A stretch of 64,000 bases of DNA from an uncultured Brevundimonas sp. (lineage in GTDB: Bacteria > Pseudomonadota > Alphaproteobacteria > Caulobacterales > Caulobacteraceae). The stretch's first letter is position 1; every line of letters begins with the position of its first letter. Below are positions 1 to 10,012 of this stretch, in pieces. Both the position numbers and the translations under genes were made by a program. The notes beneath the pieces were generated by a model. It had not been told where the DNA came from, searched no databases, and was given only the letters and a program-made list of their open reading frames with translations. The DNA lies in NCBI RefSeq assembly GCF_947305955.1, contig NZ_CAMZFB010000010.1, positions 2,790 to 66,789 on the forward strand, given 5' to 3'.

Positions 1-540
1 AGCATCGGCCACAGCCACGTCCTGCAAATGGCAATGCGCACGCCGGACAAGTCACGCGCCGTGGCCCGCCGTCTGTTGGTCAAATGCGGCTCGCGCCTGC
101 GCCGGATGGATGTGACGGGTTCTGTTCTGGGCCTCAGCATCGAGCTGGAAACCACCGACCGCAGTGTCAGCAAGCGCGGACAGAAGCTGTCCTATCAATG
201 TCAGGTCCCACCGACACAGGATACCTTTGCCCTGCTGGCGGCGCTGGATGGACTGTGGGCACAGGCCGCCCCTGCCCTGCGTCGCCACCGCCCGCACACG
301 GTGGGTGTCCATATCCAAGAGCTGACCCCGCGCGGTGCCCACGCGCCCGACCTGTTCGGTCAGGCCCCTGATCAGAACGGCAATGCCCGCTCGCTGAAGC
401 TGTCCAAGGCAATGGATGCCCTGAACAAACGTTTCGGCAAGGACACCGTCAGCATCGGCCCCGCAAACGACCTGCCTCAATACATGGGGGCCAAGATCGC
501 CTTCAACCGCATCCCCGAGGAACACGACTTCTGGGAGTGA
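1..540 (+). CDS. Y-family DNA polymerase (DinB/UmuC-like), C-terminal part; 5' truncated by the window
   Basis: Frame is open from base 1 (SIGHSHVL...RRLLVKCGSRLRR). Little-finger-like region, and the C-terminus LSKAMDALNKRFGKDTV...KIAFNRIP is typical of Pol IV-like proteins. Confidence 0.8.
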   Translation, partial: SIGHSHVLQMAMRTPDKSRAVARRLLVKCGSRLRRMDVTGSVLGLSIELETTDRSVSKRGQKLSYQCQVPPTQDTFALLAALDGLWAQAAPALRRHRPHTVGVHIQELTPRGAHAPDLFGQAPDQNGNARSLKLSKAMDALNKRFGKDTVSIGPANDLPQYMGAKIAFNRIPEEHDFWE

Positions 541-548
541 GGAATGCC

Positions 549-1175
549 TTAAAGCCGCGTTACGCCCAGGGCCGCGAAGCTGTCGCGGGCGGCCTGTGCC
601 GTGTCCTCGGCGATGGCGCGAGTGGCCTGTTCGATCACCACGGCCTCAAAGCCTTCGCGCACGGCATCCTCGGCGGTAAAGCGCACGCAATAGTCATAGG
701 CCAGGCCGCACACGAACACGCGCTCCACCCCCAAGCCGCGCAACAGGCCCGACAGACCCGTCGAGGTCGTGTGGTCGTTCTCGAAGAAGGCCGAATAGCT
801 GTCCACCGCAGGGTTGGCCCCCTTGCGGATGATGGCCGCCGCACGCTGCACGGCAGGGGCCACATCGGGGTGGAAGTCCGCACCCTGCGATCCCTGAACG
901 CAGTGGTCGGGCCACAGCATCTGCGGGCCGTATTCCACCTCGATCTGGGTGAACGGAGCCGCGCCTTCGTGGTTGGAGGCAAAGCTGATCTGGTCCGGCG
1001 CATGCCAGTCCTGCGACACCACCACGGTCTTGAACCGCGCCGCGATGTCATTGATCAGCGGCATGATCGACGCCCCGCCATCAACCGCCAAGGCCCCGCC
1101 CTCGCAGAAGTCATTCTGCGGATCGACCACGATCAGGGCGTCGCGGTCGGTCACGTCGAAGGCAGGGATGGTCAT
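549..1175 (-). CDS. pncA: Nicotinamidase/pyrazinamidase
   Basis: Motifs VDPQNDFCEGGALAV, DWH, WPDHC, DSYSAF and GLAYDYCV. Confidence 0.93.
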   Translation of the reverse strand: MTIPAFDVTDRDALIVVDPQNDFCEGGALAVDGGASIMPLINDIAARFKTVVVSQDWHAPDQISFASNHEGAAPFTQIEVEYGPQMLWPDHCVQGSQGADFHPDVAPAVQRAAAIIRKGANPAVDSYSAFFENDHTTSTGLSGLLRGLGVERVFVCGLAYDYCVRFTAEDAVREGFEAVVIEQATRAIAEDTAQAARDSFAALGVTRL

Positions 1176-1179
1176 CGGA

Positions 1180-2160
1180 TTACACTCCGCAGGTGTCGGC
1201 GATGATGTCGATTTCGTTGGCGGAACCGAGGATCACCGGCACGCGCTGGTGCAGCTGGGTCGGGGTGACGTCGAGGATGGCGTTGCGGCCGTCGGTGGTG
1301 GATTTGCCGCCCGCCTGTTCGACGAGGAAGCTCATCGGATTGCCTTCGTACATCAGGCGCAGCTTGCCCGGCTTGTTCGGCTCGCGCTTGTCCCACGGAT
1401 AGAGGAAGACGCCGCCGCGCATCATGATGCGGTGAACGTCCGCCACCATGGCGGCGACCCAACGCATGTTGAAATTCTTGCCGCGACCGCCCTCGGCGCC
1501 CTGAAGGCAGCCCTCGACGTATTTCTGAACACCCTCGGCCCAGTGGCGCTGGTTCGACATGTTGATGGCGAACTCTTTGGTGTCGGGCGTGATCTTGATC
1601 TCGGGATGGGTCAGCAGCCACTGGCCGTCCAGCGACAGGGTAAAGCCCGCAACGCCCTTGCCCGTCGTCAGCACCAGCATGGTCTGGCCGCCGTATAGCA
1701 CATAGCCTGCGGCCAGCTGTTTGCGGCCATCCTGCATGAAGGCGGCGTCGGTGATCTCGCCTTCCGGCGCGGCCAGAACCGAGAAGATGGTGCCGACAGG
1801 GGCGTTGATGTCGATGTTGCTGGAGCCGTCCAGCGGGTCGAACAGCACAAGGAATTTACCGCCCGAATGTTTGGCGGGCTGGCTGTTGTCCATTTCCTCG
1901 GACGCCACACCGGCCACCAGCGGCGAGGCCAGCAGGGCATCGGTCAGGATGTCGTTGGAGATGACGTCCAGCTTCTTCTGCTCTTCGTCCTGAACATTGA
2001 CCGCGCCCGATGCACCCAGCGCGCCGGCCAGAGCGCCGCCCGACACGACCTTGCGGATATCCACGCACGACGCCGCGATCTTGAGCAGCAGCTCGGCCAG
2101 CCCCTCGGTCAGGGCACTGTTGCCAAGGAAGGTGGCAAGATCGGTACGGGCGTCAGTCAT
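1180..2160 (-). CDS. fbp: Fructose-1,6-bisphosphatase class 1
   Basis: Motifs [25 protein letters not shown] and GKLRLMYE. Confidence 0.96.
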   Translation of the reverse strand: MTDARTDLATFLGNSALTEGLAELLLKIAASCVDIRKVVSGGALAGALGASGAVNVQDEEQKKLDVISNDILTDALLASPLVAGVASEEMDNSQPAKHSGGKFLVLFDPLDGSSNIDINAPVGTIFSVLAAPEGEITDAAFMQDGRKQLAAGYVLYGGQTMLVLTTGKGVAGFTLSLDGQWLLTHPEIKITPDTKEFAINMSNQRHWAEGVQKYVEGCLQGAEGGRGKNFNMRWVAAMVADVHRIMMRGGVFLYPWDKREPNKPGKLRLMYEGNPMSFLVEQAGGKSTTDGRNAILDVTPTQLHQRVPVILGSANEIDIIADTCGV

Positions 2161-2286
2161 AGCGGACTCAATCCAAATCTGGTCGCTGTTGGGGATAGGT
2201 GCCCTAAATGACGCCCCTTTACCGATACGACAAGTCCGCGAACGCTTGACTTAGAACAGGAGTCGATGGCTTAGGTCCGTTAGCTC

Positions 2287-2498
2287 ATGCGGGAGAGATC
2301 GGGAGGGATGGGGCCATCCTAACCGGAGCCGAAGGCGCAACCGCCCCGGAAACGCTCAGGCAAAAGGACCGCGCGGGCCACTAAACGCTGGAAAGTCGCC
2401 AAGGGGCATGCCCCGACGCGCGCCGAAGGAGCAAGGTCGTCCTGTCCCCCTCACCGTGGGACGATCGGAATCTCTCAGGCATCAGGGACAGCGGGGGC
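2287..2498 (+). ncRNA. Tandem glycine riboswitch (two aptamers)
   Basis: Aptamer 1: GGGAGAG...CCGAAGGCGCAA...GAAACGCTCAGGCAAAAGGACCG. Aptamer 2: CTGGAAAG...CCGAAGGAGCAA...GAATCTCTCAGGC...GGACAG. Directly upstream of gcvT. Boundaries approximate. Confidence 0.93.
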
Positions 2499-2545
2499 GC
2501 GTACGGCAAGCCTTTGCCGTGAGAACGCGACTCCGGAGTGCGCCC

Positions 2546-3661
2546 ATGAGCGATGAAGTCCTGAAAACCACCCCGCTGAACGCGGCTCACCGTGCGCTCG
2601 GTGCGCGCATGGTCGGCTTTGGCGGCTATGACATGCCGGTCCAGTACGAAGGCGTGCTGGCCGAGCACAAATGGACCCGCGAGCACGCCGGTCTATTCGA
2701 CGTCTCCCACATGGGTCAGGCCAAGATCACCGGCAAGGACGCCATCGAACAGTTCGAGCGCTTCGTCCCCGGCGACTACAAGATCCTCAAGGATCACAAA
2801 CAGAAATACTCCCTGCTGCTGAACGACGACGGCGGCATCATGGACGACCTGATGGCGGGCAAGCCCGACCACAATGGTCTCTATGTCGTGGTCAACGCCG
2901 GCAACAAGGACGCCGACTTCGCCCACCTGCGCGCGAACCTTCAGGGCGATGCCAAGCTGGAAATCCTCGACGACCGCGCCCTTCTGGCCATCCAGGGCCC
3001 TGAAGCCATCGACGTTATGGTCCAGCATGAACCGGCTCTGGCCGAGCTGTCCTTCATGGACATCACTTGGCTTAACGTCTTTGGCGTGAACTGCTTCATC
3101 TCCCGCTCGGGCTATACGGGCGAGGACGGCTTTGAAATCTCGGTCCCCGCATCGGAAGCCGAGCGCATCTGGAACCTGCTGCTGCAAGACGAGCGCGTGA
3201 AGCCGATCGGTCTGGGCGCGCGCGACTCCTTGCGCCTCGAAGCGGGCCTGCCGCTGCACGGCCATGACCTCGATGCCACCGTTTCTCCGGTCGAAGCCGA
3301 CCTGACCTTCGCGCTTTCCAAGTCGCGCAAGGAAGCCGCCGACTTCCCGGGTGCCGAGCGTATCCTGAAGGAACTTGCCGAAGGTCCCGCCCGCAAACGC
3401 GTGAACCTGATCGTCAAGGAAGGCGCACCGGCCCGCGAGGGTGCAGAGATCGCCGACAAGGACGGAAACGTCATCGGCGTGGTCACCTCGGGTGGCCCCT
3501 CGCCCTCGACCGGCAACAAGATCGCCATCGGCTTCGTGCCGCCGGCCTACACCGACATCGGTACCGAGCTGAAGGTCATCGTCCGCGGCAAACCCGCCGC
3601 GGCCGAGGTCGTCGCCAGCCCGTTCGTACCGACCCGTTACTACCGCAAACCCAAGGCTTGA
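2546..3661 (+). CDS. gcvT: Glycine cleavage system aminomethyltransferase T
   Basis: Motifs KTTPL, GLFDVSHMGQ, RSGYTGEDGFEI and GLGARDSLRLEAG. Start moved to the ATG at 2546, downstream of the riboswitch. Confidence 0.96.
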   Translation: MSDEVLKTTPLNAAHRALGARMVGFGGYDMPVQYEGVLAEHKWTREHAGLFDVSHMGQAKITGKDAIEQFERFVPGDYKILKDHKQKYSLLLNDDGGIMDDLMAGKPDHNGLYVVVNAGNKDADFAHLRANLQGDAKLEILDDRALLAIQGPEAIDVMVQHEPALAELSFMDITWLNVFGVNCFISRSGYTGEDGFEISVPASEAERIWNLLLQDERVKPIGLGARDSLRLEAGLPLHGHDLDATVSPVEADLTFALSKSRKEAADFPGAERILKELAEGPARKRVNLIVKEGAPAREGAEIADKDGNVIGVVTSGGPSPSTGNKIAIGFVPPAYTDIGTELKVIVRGKPAAAEVVASPFVPTRYYRKPKA

Positions 3662-3673
3662 GAGGGATCAGCC

Positions 3674-4039
3674 ATGAAATTCACCAAGGATCACGAATGG
3701 GTCTCGCTGGACGGCGACATCGCCACCGTCGGCATTTCGGCCCACGCGGCTGAAGCCCTCGGCGACGTCGTCTTCGTCGAAACGCCGGAAGTCGGCAAGA
3801 CCGTGACCAAGGGCGACAGCTTCGCCGTGGTTGAATCGGTCAAGGCCGCGTCCGACGTCTACGCCCCCGTTTCGGGCGAGGTGGTCGAAGCCAACGGTGC
3901 ACTCGCCGATGCGCCGGAAACCGTGAACGCCTCGCCGGAAGGCGAAGGCTGGTTCGCAAAGATCAAGGTTTCGGACGCCTCGGAACTGGACGGCTTGATG
4001 GACAAGGCGGCTTACGACGCCTTCCTCGCGACCCTGTAA
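3674..4039 (+). CDS. gcvH: Glycine cleavage system H protein
   Basis: Starts KFTKDHEW and carries the lipoyl-lysine motif [16 protein letters not shown]. Confidence 0.97.
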   Translation: MKFTKDHEWVSLDGDIATVGISAHAAEALGDVVFVETPEVGKTVTKGDSFAVVESVKAASDVYAPVSGEVVEANGALADAPETVNASPEGEGWFAKIKVSDASELDGLMDKAAYDAFLATL

Positions 4040-4043
4040 AATC

Positions 4044-4265
4044 ATGACCTCGGAACAGCTGGCTTCGGCCTTGAAAGATGCAGTCGAGCGCGCACCCCAC
4101 GGCAAACGTGTGGTGTTCGTTCACCTCTTTGGCATTGCGTATTCCGAGTTCTTAAAAGGCCGTAACACCAAAGAGATCGCTGCTTTGGCGGGCATCCCTG
4201 AATCGTACGGCGTTGAAATTTCGAAGGGAGCCAACTTGGCTCCCTTCGTCACAATTAACGGTTAG
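4044..4265 (+). CDS. Small hypothetical protein (HLFGIxY motif, predicted helical/HTH-like) inserted in the gcv operon
   Basis: 73-aa ATG ORF fills the gcvH-gcvPA gap with 4- and 8-nt spacing. Visibly AT-richer codons. Confidence 0.7.
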   Translation: MTSEQLASALKDAVERAPHGKRVVFVHLFGIAYSEFLKGRNTKEIAALAGIPESYGVEISKGANLAPFVTING

Positions 4266-4273
4266 ATCCAACC

Positions 4274-5617
4274 ATGCGTTACCTCCCTCTGACAGCCGAT
4301 GATCGCGAGGCCATGCTGGCCGCGATCGGGGCCAAGTCGATCGATGACCTTTTCGTGGACGTGCCGGAAGCCGCACGCCTGAGCGGCCCAGTGGACCTGC
4401 CGCGCGTGGCGGGCGAACTGGAAGTCGAGCGCGCCCTGTCGGCCATGGCGGCCAAGAACACGACCGCCGGTTCGGTTCCGTTCTTCTGCGGTGCGGGCGC
4501 TTACAAGCACCACGTTCCGGCGACCGTTGACCACATCATCCAGCGTTCGGAGTTCCTGACCTCCTACACGCCCTACCAGCCGGAAATCGCGCAAGGGACC
4601 CTGCAATACCTGTACGAGTTCCAGACGCAGGTCGCGAACCTGACGGGTATGCCGGTCGCCAACGCTTCGCTGTATGACGGCTCGACCGCCATGGCCGAGG
4701 GCGTGCTGATGGCCACCCGCGTGACCCGCCGCAACAAGGCTGTCATCTCGGGCGGTGTTCACCCGCACTATGTCAAGGCTACCGAGACCGTGGTTCACGC
4801 CATGGGCGTCGAAACGCAGGTTCTGGCTCCGGCAGTCGATGCCGAGGCCGACGTCATCGCCCAGATCGGCCCTGACACCGCCTGCGTCGTCGTCCAGACC
4901 CCGAACGTGTTCGGCACCGCCACCGACGTCACAAAGATCGCCGAGGCCGCACAGGCCAACGGTGCCCTGCTTATCGTCGTCGTGACCGAAGCTGTGTCGA
5001 TGGGCCTGCTGAAGTCGCCGGGCGAAATGGGCGCGGACATCGTCGCTGGCGAAGGCCAGTCGATCGGTAACGCCCTGAACTATGGCGGTCCGTACATCGG
5101 CCTGTTCGCCACCCGCGAAAAGCTGCTGCGCCAGACCCCGGGCCGCTATTGCGGCGAGACCGTCGATGCCGAGGGCCGTCGTGGCTTCGTGCTGACGCTC
5201 TCGACCCGCGAGCAGCACATCCGCCGCGACAAGGCGACGTCGAACATCTGCACCAACTCGGGTCTCTGCACCCTCGCCTTCACCATCCACATGAGCCTGC
5301 TGGGCGAGACGGGCCTGCGCCAGCTGGCCCTGCTGAACCACGAGAAGGCACTGGCCACCCGTGACGCTCTGGCCGCCATTGATGGCGTCGAGGTCCTGAC
5401 CCCGCGCTTCTTCAACGAGTTCGCCGTCAAACTGCCGAAAAACGCCGCCGAGGTCGTCGAGACGTTGGCCGCACAAGGCATCCTCGCTGGCGTGCCCTAC
5501 AGCCGCCTCGCACCGAAAGCGGGCATGGACGACGTCTTGCTGGTCGCCGCCACCGAGACGACGCTGGACGCGGACATACAGATCCTCGCCACCGCACTCA
5601 AAGCCGCAGTCGCGTAA
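4274..5617 (+). CDS. gcvPA: Glycine dehydrogenase subunit 1
   Basis: Motifs [30 protein letters not shown] and [17 protein letters not shown]. Confidence 0.96.
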   Translation: MRYLPLTADDREAMLAAIGAKSIDDLFVDVPEAARLSGPVDLPRVAGELEVERALSAMAAKNTTAGSVPFFCGAGAYKHHVPATVDHIIQRSEFLTSYTPYQPEIAQGTLQYLYEFQTQVANLTGMPVANASLYDGSTAMAEGVLMATRVTRRNKAVISGGVHPHYVKATETVVHAMGVETQVLAPAVDAEADVIAQIGPDTACVVVQTPNVFGTATDVTKIAEAAQANGALLIVVVTEAVSMGLLKSPGEMGADIVAGEGQSIGNALNYGGPYIGLFATREKLLRQTPGRYCGETVDAEGRRGFVLTLSTREQHIRRDKATSNICTNSGLCTLAFTIHMSLLGETGLRQLALLNHEKALATRDALAAIDGVEVLTPRFFNEFAVKLPKNAAEVVETLAAQGILAGVPYSRLAPKAGMDDVLLVAATETTLDADIQILATALKAAVA

Positions 5618-5632
5618 GGAAGGGCACAAGAC

Positions 5633-7201
5633 ATGAGCACCATGAACAACGTCGGCCGCCCGACCACTCCTAACGCAGTCGCTGAAAAGCCCGCTACCCT
5701 GACCGGTGGCCGTGGCTTGTTGCAAGACGAGCCGCTGATCTTCGAAGGCGAAGGCTGGGGCAAGACGGGTGTGGACCTTGCCACGCCGAAAACCGATGGC
5801 ACCGACCTCGGTGATCTGGTCCGCCGCGACCCGATTGGCCTGCCGGGCCTGTCGGAGCCGGAAGCCATGCGCCACTATGTGCGCCTGAGCCAGAAGAACC
5901 ACGCCATCGATCTGGCTATCTATCCGCTGGGTTCGTGCACGATGAAGCACAACCCGCGCCTGAACGAGAAGATGGCCCGTCTGGCTGGCTTCTCGGACAT
6001 CCACCCGCTGCAACCGCAATCGACGGTGCAGGGCGCGCTAGAGCTGATGGACAGCCTGTCGCACTGGCTGACCACCCTGACCGGCATGCCCGCCGTCGCC
6101 CTGTCGCCCAAGGCGGGTGCCCACGGCGAGCTGTGCGGCCTGATGGCCATCCGCGCCGCTCACGAAGCCAAGGGCGAGCATGAGCAGCGTCGCAAGGTTC
6201 TGGTTCCCACCTCGGCCCACGGCACCAACCCCGCCACCGCCGCCTTCGTCGGCTATACGGTTGTAGAGGTCGCCCAGACCGAAGACGGCCGCGTGGATGT
6301 GGCTGATCTGGCCTCCAAGCTGGGTCCGGACGTGGCGGCCATCATGGTCACCAACCCGAACACCTGCGGCCTGTTCGAGCGCGACATCATGGAAATCAGC
6401 CGCCTGACCCACGAGGCAGGGGCCTATTTCTATTGCGACGGTGCGAACTTCAACGCGATCGTTGGTCGCGTGCGTCCGGGCGATCTGGGCGTCGATGCCA
6501 TGCACATCAACCTGCACAAGACCTTCTCGACGCCGCACGGCGGCGGCGGTCCGGGCGCAGGTCCGGTTGTGCTGTCGGAAGCCTTGGCTCCGTTCGCACC
6601 CGCGCCTTGGGTCGTGAACACCGGTGACGGCTTCAAACTGGTTGAGCGTGAAGAGGACGAGGCCGCCCAAGCCTTTGGCCGTCTGTGCGCCTTCCAGGGC
6701 CAGATGGGCATGTATGTGCGCGCCCTCTCCTACATGATGTCCCACGGCTCTGACGGCCTGCGTCAGGTCGCCGAGGACGCCGTTCTGAACGCCAACTACA
6801 TCAAGGCCCGCCTGTCGGACCTGATGAGCGCCGCCTTCCCGGACGGCCCGTGCATGCACGAAGCCCTGTTCGACGATGAATGGCTCAAGGGTACGGACAT
6901 CACCACGCTCGACTTCGCCAAGGCGATGATCGACGAGGGCTTCCACCCGATGACCATGTATTTCCCGCTGGTCGTCCACGGGGCCATGCTGATCGAGCCG
7001 ACCGAGACGGAATCGAAAGCCGAGCTGGACCGCTTCATCGAGGCCATGCGCCTGCTGGCCCAAGCGGCCAAGGCCGGTGACGTCGACCGCTTCAAGGGCG
7101 CACCGTTCCACGCCCCGATGCGCCGTCTGGATGAAACCAAGGCCGCCCGCCAGCCCAAGCTGCGCTGGGTGGCACCGGAAGGCTCCAATCAGGCCGCCTG
7201 A
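5633..7201 (+). CDS. gcvPB: Glycine dehydrogenase subunit 2
   Basis: Motifs YPLGSCTMKHNPR, SAHGTNPAT, HINLHKTFSTPHGGGGPG and IEPTETESK. Confidence 0.96.
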   Translation: MSTMNNVGRPTTPNAVAEKPATLTGGRGLLQDEPLIFEGEGWGKTGVDLATPKTDGTDLGDLVRRDPIGLPGLSEPEAMRHYVRLSQKNHAIDLAIYPLGSCTMKHNPRLNEKMARLAGFSDIHPLQPQSTVQGALELMDSLSHWLTTLTGMPAVALSPKAGAHGELCGLMAIRAAHEAKGEHEQRRKVLVPTSAHGTNPATAAFVGYTVVEVAQTEDGRVDVADLASKLGPDVAAIMVTNPNTCGLFERDIMEISRLTHEAGAYFYCDGANFNAIVGRVRPGDLGVDAMHINLHKTFSTPHGGGGPGAGPVVLSEALAPFAPAPWVVNTGDGFKLVEREEDEAAQAFGRLCAFQGQMGMYVRALSYMMSHGSDGLRQVAEDAVLNANYIKARLSDLMSAAFPDGPCMHEALFDDEWLKGTDITTLDFAKAMIDEGFHPMTMYFPLVVHGAMLIEPTETESKAELDRFIEAMRLLAQAAKAGDVDRFKGAPFHAPMRRLDETKAARQPKLRWVAPEGSNQAA

Positions 7202-7228
7202 AGGCCCGAAATAAACCGCTGACTAACC

Positions 7229-7265
7229 AAACGCCGTGTCCTGCCGGACACGGCGTTTTCTTTTC
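7229..7265 (+). terminator. Intrinsic terminator of the gcv operon
   Basis: AAACGCCGTGTCC-tgcc-GGACACGGCGTTT followed by a T-rich tract. Confidence 0.85.
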
Positions 7266-7408
7266 TCCTATTCATACTGATCGTTCACTTACCAGTCATC
7301 GTTCGGCCACCAATCTATCGGCTAGTAGTCCGCATACGATTCATTCCTTCAGTAGATTCTCACTCCCTGACCCAGCCTGCCTCCACCCCTCCCGAGACTT
7401 CCTCAGCC

Positions 7409-7849
7409 GTGACTCTCGCCCTTACGCCTCTGCCGACCGTCGCACCGCGTCGCCGCCCCAACCGTCGGCTGCGTCGCCTTGTCATGTTGTCTCTGGGTGT
7501 GGTGATCGTGATTGCGGGCGCGCTGATCGGCGCTCTGCCGGGTCCGGGTGGTATTCCGGTGACGACGCTGGGTCTGGTTCTGATCCTGCGGAACTCCTAC
7601 TGGGCCAAGCGCCAGTTCATCAAAGCCCAGCGTGCCAAGCCGAAGTGGGTCTATCCGTTCCGCCGCCTGATGCGAAAGAATCCGGAAGTCGCCCCTGTGT
7701 TCTGGCAACAGGCCCTGCGCGTCGAGAAGTTGGTCGTGCGTTCGCGCCGCCACCGCCCGCTGCCGCGCCTTCGCCGCCGCATCCGCTGCATGGTCCGACA
7801 GGCCCGTCGCCGCTCCTCCGCCCGCCGCGCCCAGCGCCGCGCCGCCTGA
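7409..7849 (+). CDS. Membrane protein, PGPGW-like family, with a basic C-terminus
   Basis: Hydrophobic hairpin around LPGPGG and an Arg-rich tail. GTG start is uncertain. Confidence 0.65.
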   Translation: MTLALTPLPTVAPRRRPNRRLRRLVMLSLGVVIVIAGALIGALPGPGGIPVTTLGLVLILRNSYWAKRQFIKAQRAKPKWVYPFRRLMRKNPEVAPVFWQQALRVEKLVVRSRRHRPLPRLRRRIRCMVRQARRRSSARRAQRRAA

Positions 7850-8007
7850 CCCTCTTTCCGCCTGTCGGATAACGGCTCCCCTGTGTTCATAGGGGTTTTG
7901 CCGCCGCGCACGTTAATGTGAACAACGTTCTTCGACATTAACGCAAAAAGGGCATAACCTCTCCCAGGCGTAGTCTTGCAGTTTTAGCGTTGGGAGGCGC
8001 TATTCCG

Positions 8008-8478
8008 ATGACGTCACGCGTAAAAAACGGCCTGTTGGCCGGACTGTCTGCAACAGTAGTCGTCGCGGCCGTCGAGGCCGTAAATATGTTCGTCCTTAAA
8101 ATGTTTCCGGCGTTTCCATTGATGGTCGCCAAGATGTTCGGAATGCCCGGCAATGTCGCGGCAGGCTGGGCTATCCACATCTTTATGGGCGTTGTGGTCC
8201 TCGGGCTGGCCTTTGCCTTCCTGTACGACCGCCTGCCAACCAAGGTCCCGACCGCTAAGGGCATTGCCTTTGCCGTGGGCACCTGGGTGCTGCTGATGGG
8301 TTACGCCATTATGGTCGTGCCGGATCAAAAGCTGCTGCCCTCGGGCGGGCTTGAAATCATCGGCTGGATGCTGGCCACCCACGCCATCTTCGGCGCGGTG
8401 CTGGGCTCCACCTACGGACGCCTCCTGCGTCAGGATAAGATGCATGTCCATCCGGTAGGTGCGGCTCCGGCTCACTGA
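8008..8478 (+). CDS. Hypothetical integral membrane protein (about 4 TM segments)
   Basis: Hydrophobic segments, GWAIH and THAIFG motifs, GGAGG Shine-Dalgarno upstream. Confidence 0.75.
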   Translation: MTSRVKNGLLAGLSATVVVAAVEAVNMFVLKMFPAFPLMVAKMFGMPGNVAAGWAIHIFMGVVVLGLAFAFLYDRLPTKVPTAKGIAFAVGTWVLLMGYAIMVVPDQKLLPSGGLEIIGWMLATHAIFGAVLGSTYGRLLRQDKMHVHPVGAAPAH

Positions 8479-8501
8479 TCCGGACAGTCCATCGAAACGA
8501 A

Positions 8502-8528
8502 AAAAGGCCCCGCGATGCGGGGCCTTTT
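8502..8528. terminator. Bidirectional intrinsic terminator
   Basis: AAAAGGCCCCGC-gat-GCGGGGCCTTTT between convergent genes. Confidence 0.85.
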
Positions 8529-8551
8529 GACGTTCAGGGGTTCCTGAAATC

Positions 8552-9067
8552 TTAGTTCAGCTTGCCAGCCAGTTGGCTGATGGCTGCGTCCAGAGCCGGA
8601 TCCGACTTGGCACCGGCGATGCGGGCCGCGAGGATTTCGTTGGCGGCCTTGGCGGCGAGATCGGCAGCGGCCGACTTCACTTCGCGGGTGGCTTCGGCTT
8701 CGGCCTGGGCGATGCGGCGCTCGGCCAGTTCCTGACGGCGAGCGGTCGATTCCTCGATACGGGCCTTAGCTTCGGCTTCGAGGCGCTTGGCTTCGGCTTC
8801 GGCGGTCGAGAGCAGCTCGGCGGCTTGGGCTTCGGCTTCGGCCTTTTCCTTGCGGATCTGGGCCAGCATGGCTTCGGCTTCGGCGCGCAGACGGGCGGCT
8901 TCGTCCAGATCAGCCTGGATCTTGGCAGCCTTGGCGTCGAGGCCAGCAGCGACCAGCTTCGGCACGCCAGCGAGGATCACGATGGCGAAGAAGATGACCA
9001 GGCCGACGCCGACCCAGAATTCCGGGTTCGAGATGTCCCAGAAGTGGGCGGTCAGAAAAGCGGGCAT
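8552..9067 (-). CDS. atpF: ATP synthase F0 subunit b
   Basis: N-terminal TM (PEFWVGVG) followed by an Ala/Glu coiled coil. Position in the F0 operon. Confidence 0.93.
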   Translation of the reverse strand: MPAFLTAHFWDISNPEFWVGVGLVIFFAIVILAGVPKLVAAGLDAKAAKIQADLDEAARLRAEAEAMLAQIRKEKAEAEAQAAELLSTAEAEAKRLEAEAKARIEESTARRQELAERRIAQAEAEATREVKSAAADLAAKAANEILAARIAGAKSDPALDAAISQLAGKLN

Positions 9068-9068
9068 A

Positions 9069-9641
9069 TTAGGCAGCTCCCTTGATGGCAGCTTCCAGCT
9101 CGGCCGCGGTCGGGGCCTTGCCGGTCAGGCGCTCCAGCATGGCGCTGGTGGCGTCCGAAGCGATGGCAGTGACGTTACCCATGGCAGCGTCGCGGGTCGC
9201 GGCGATCTTGGCCTCGGCCTCGGCGATGCGGGCGCTGACGACAGCTTCGTCGGCAGCCAGACGGGCGTTGAATTCTTCGGTGACGCGGGCCTTCGCAGCG
9301 GCTGCGGTGGCGCGGGCGTCGGCGCGGGCCTTTTCGACCTCGGCGCGGGCAGCTTCGGCTTGGGCTTCAGCTTCGGCCTGAACCGAACGGGCGGTGGCGA
9401 TGGCACCGTCGATGGTTTCGGCACGTTCGTCGATGACGCGACGCATGCGCGGCGCGAACACCTTGGCGATCAGCACATAGGTGATGGCGAACAGGATCAG
9501 CAGATAGCCGATCTGACCGACCCAGTGCTGGAATTCGAACTGGGGCAGCCCGCCCGAGGCGTGCTCGGTGGAGGCGTGGGTATCGGCGTGAACGTCGCCG
9601 GTTACCGTGTTCGGAGTTTCAAGAGTGGGTTCTGCGGCCAT
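9069..9641 (-). CDS. ATP synthase F0 subunit b'
   Basis: GGLPQF...QIGYLLILF motif, then a coiled coil. Second b-type subunit. Confidence 0.9.
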   Translation of the reverse strand: MAAEPTLETPNTVTGDVHADTHASTEHASGGLPQFEFQHWVGQIGYLLILFAITYVLIAKVFAPRMRRVIDERAETIDGAIATARSVQAEAEAQAEAARAEVEKARADARATAAAAKARVTEEFNARLAADEAVVSARIAEAEAKIAATRDAAMGNVTAIASDATSAMLERLTGKAPTAAELEAAIKGAA

Positions 9642-9725
9642 GGTCCGTCTATCTTTAGATCAGGACAACGGCGCGTAGGCGGACCTACGCGCCGTCGGGT
9701 ACTGTTTGGTCTTAAGGCTAAAGAA

Positions 9726-9950
9726 TTAGCCGAAGATCATCAGGACGCCCAGCACGAAGGCCAGGATGCCCAGGGCTTCTGCCAGAGCGGCGCCCACGAA
9801 CAGGTTGCCGACTTGAGCAGCAGCAGCAGCCGGGTTGCGCAGAGCGCCAGCCAGGAAGTTGCCGAAGATGTTGCCGACGGCCAGGGCCGAACCGATCATG
9901 CCGAGGGTGGCCAGACCAGCACCGATGTACTTAGCGGCTTCTGCTTCCAT
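9726..9950 (-). CDS. atpE: ATP synthase F0 subunit c
   Basis: 74 aa with [14 protein letters not shown] and the conserved Glu in ALAEALGI. Confidence 0.97.
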   Translation of the reverse strand: MEAEAAKYIGAGLATLGMIGSALAVGNIFGNFLAGALRNPAAAAAQVGNLFVGAALAEALGILAFVLGVLMIFG

Positions 9951-10012
9951 GATGATGTTTCCTAAATCGAGAGAGCGTTGGAAGGTAGGGTTTAGCGGAC
10001 TGGGATATAGCC

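Noticed and set aside
2408-2545. N-terminal extension of gcvT in the ORF track
   Set aside because: It overlaps the second glycine aptamer. Homology starts at MSDEVLKTTPL (2546).
4262-6019. Long antisense ORFs (585 aa here; also 33250-35265, 40273-42072, 52255-53874, 20721-22202 and many others)
   Set aside because: They are shadows of well-supported genes on the opposite strand, expected at this GC content, and carry no recognisable motifs.
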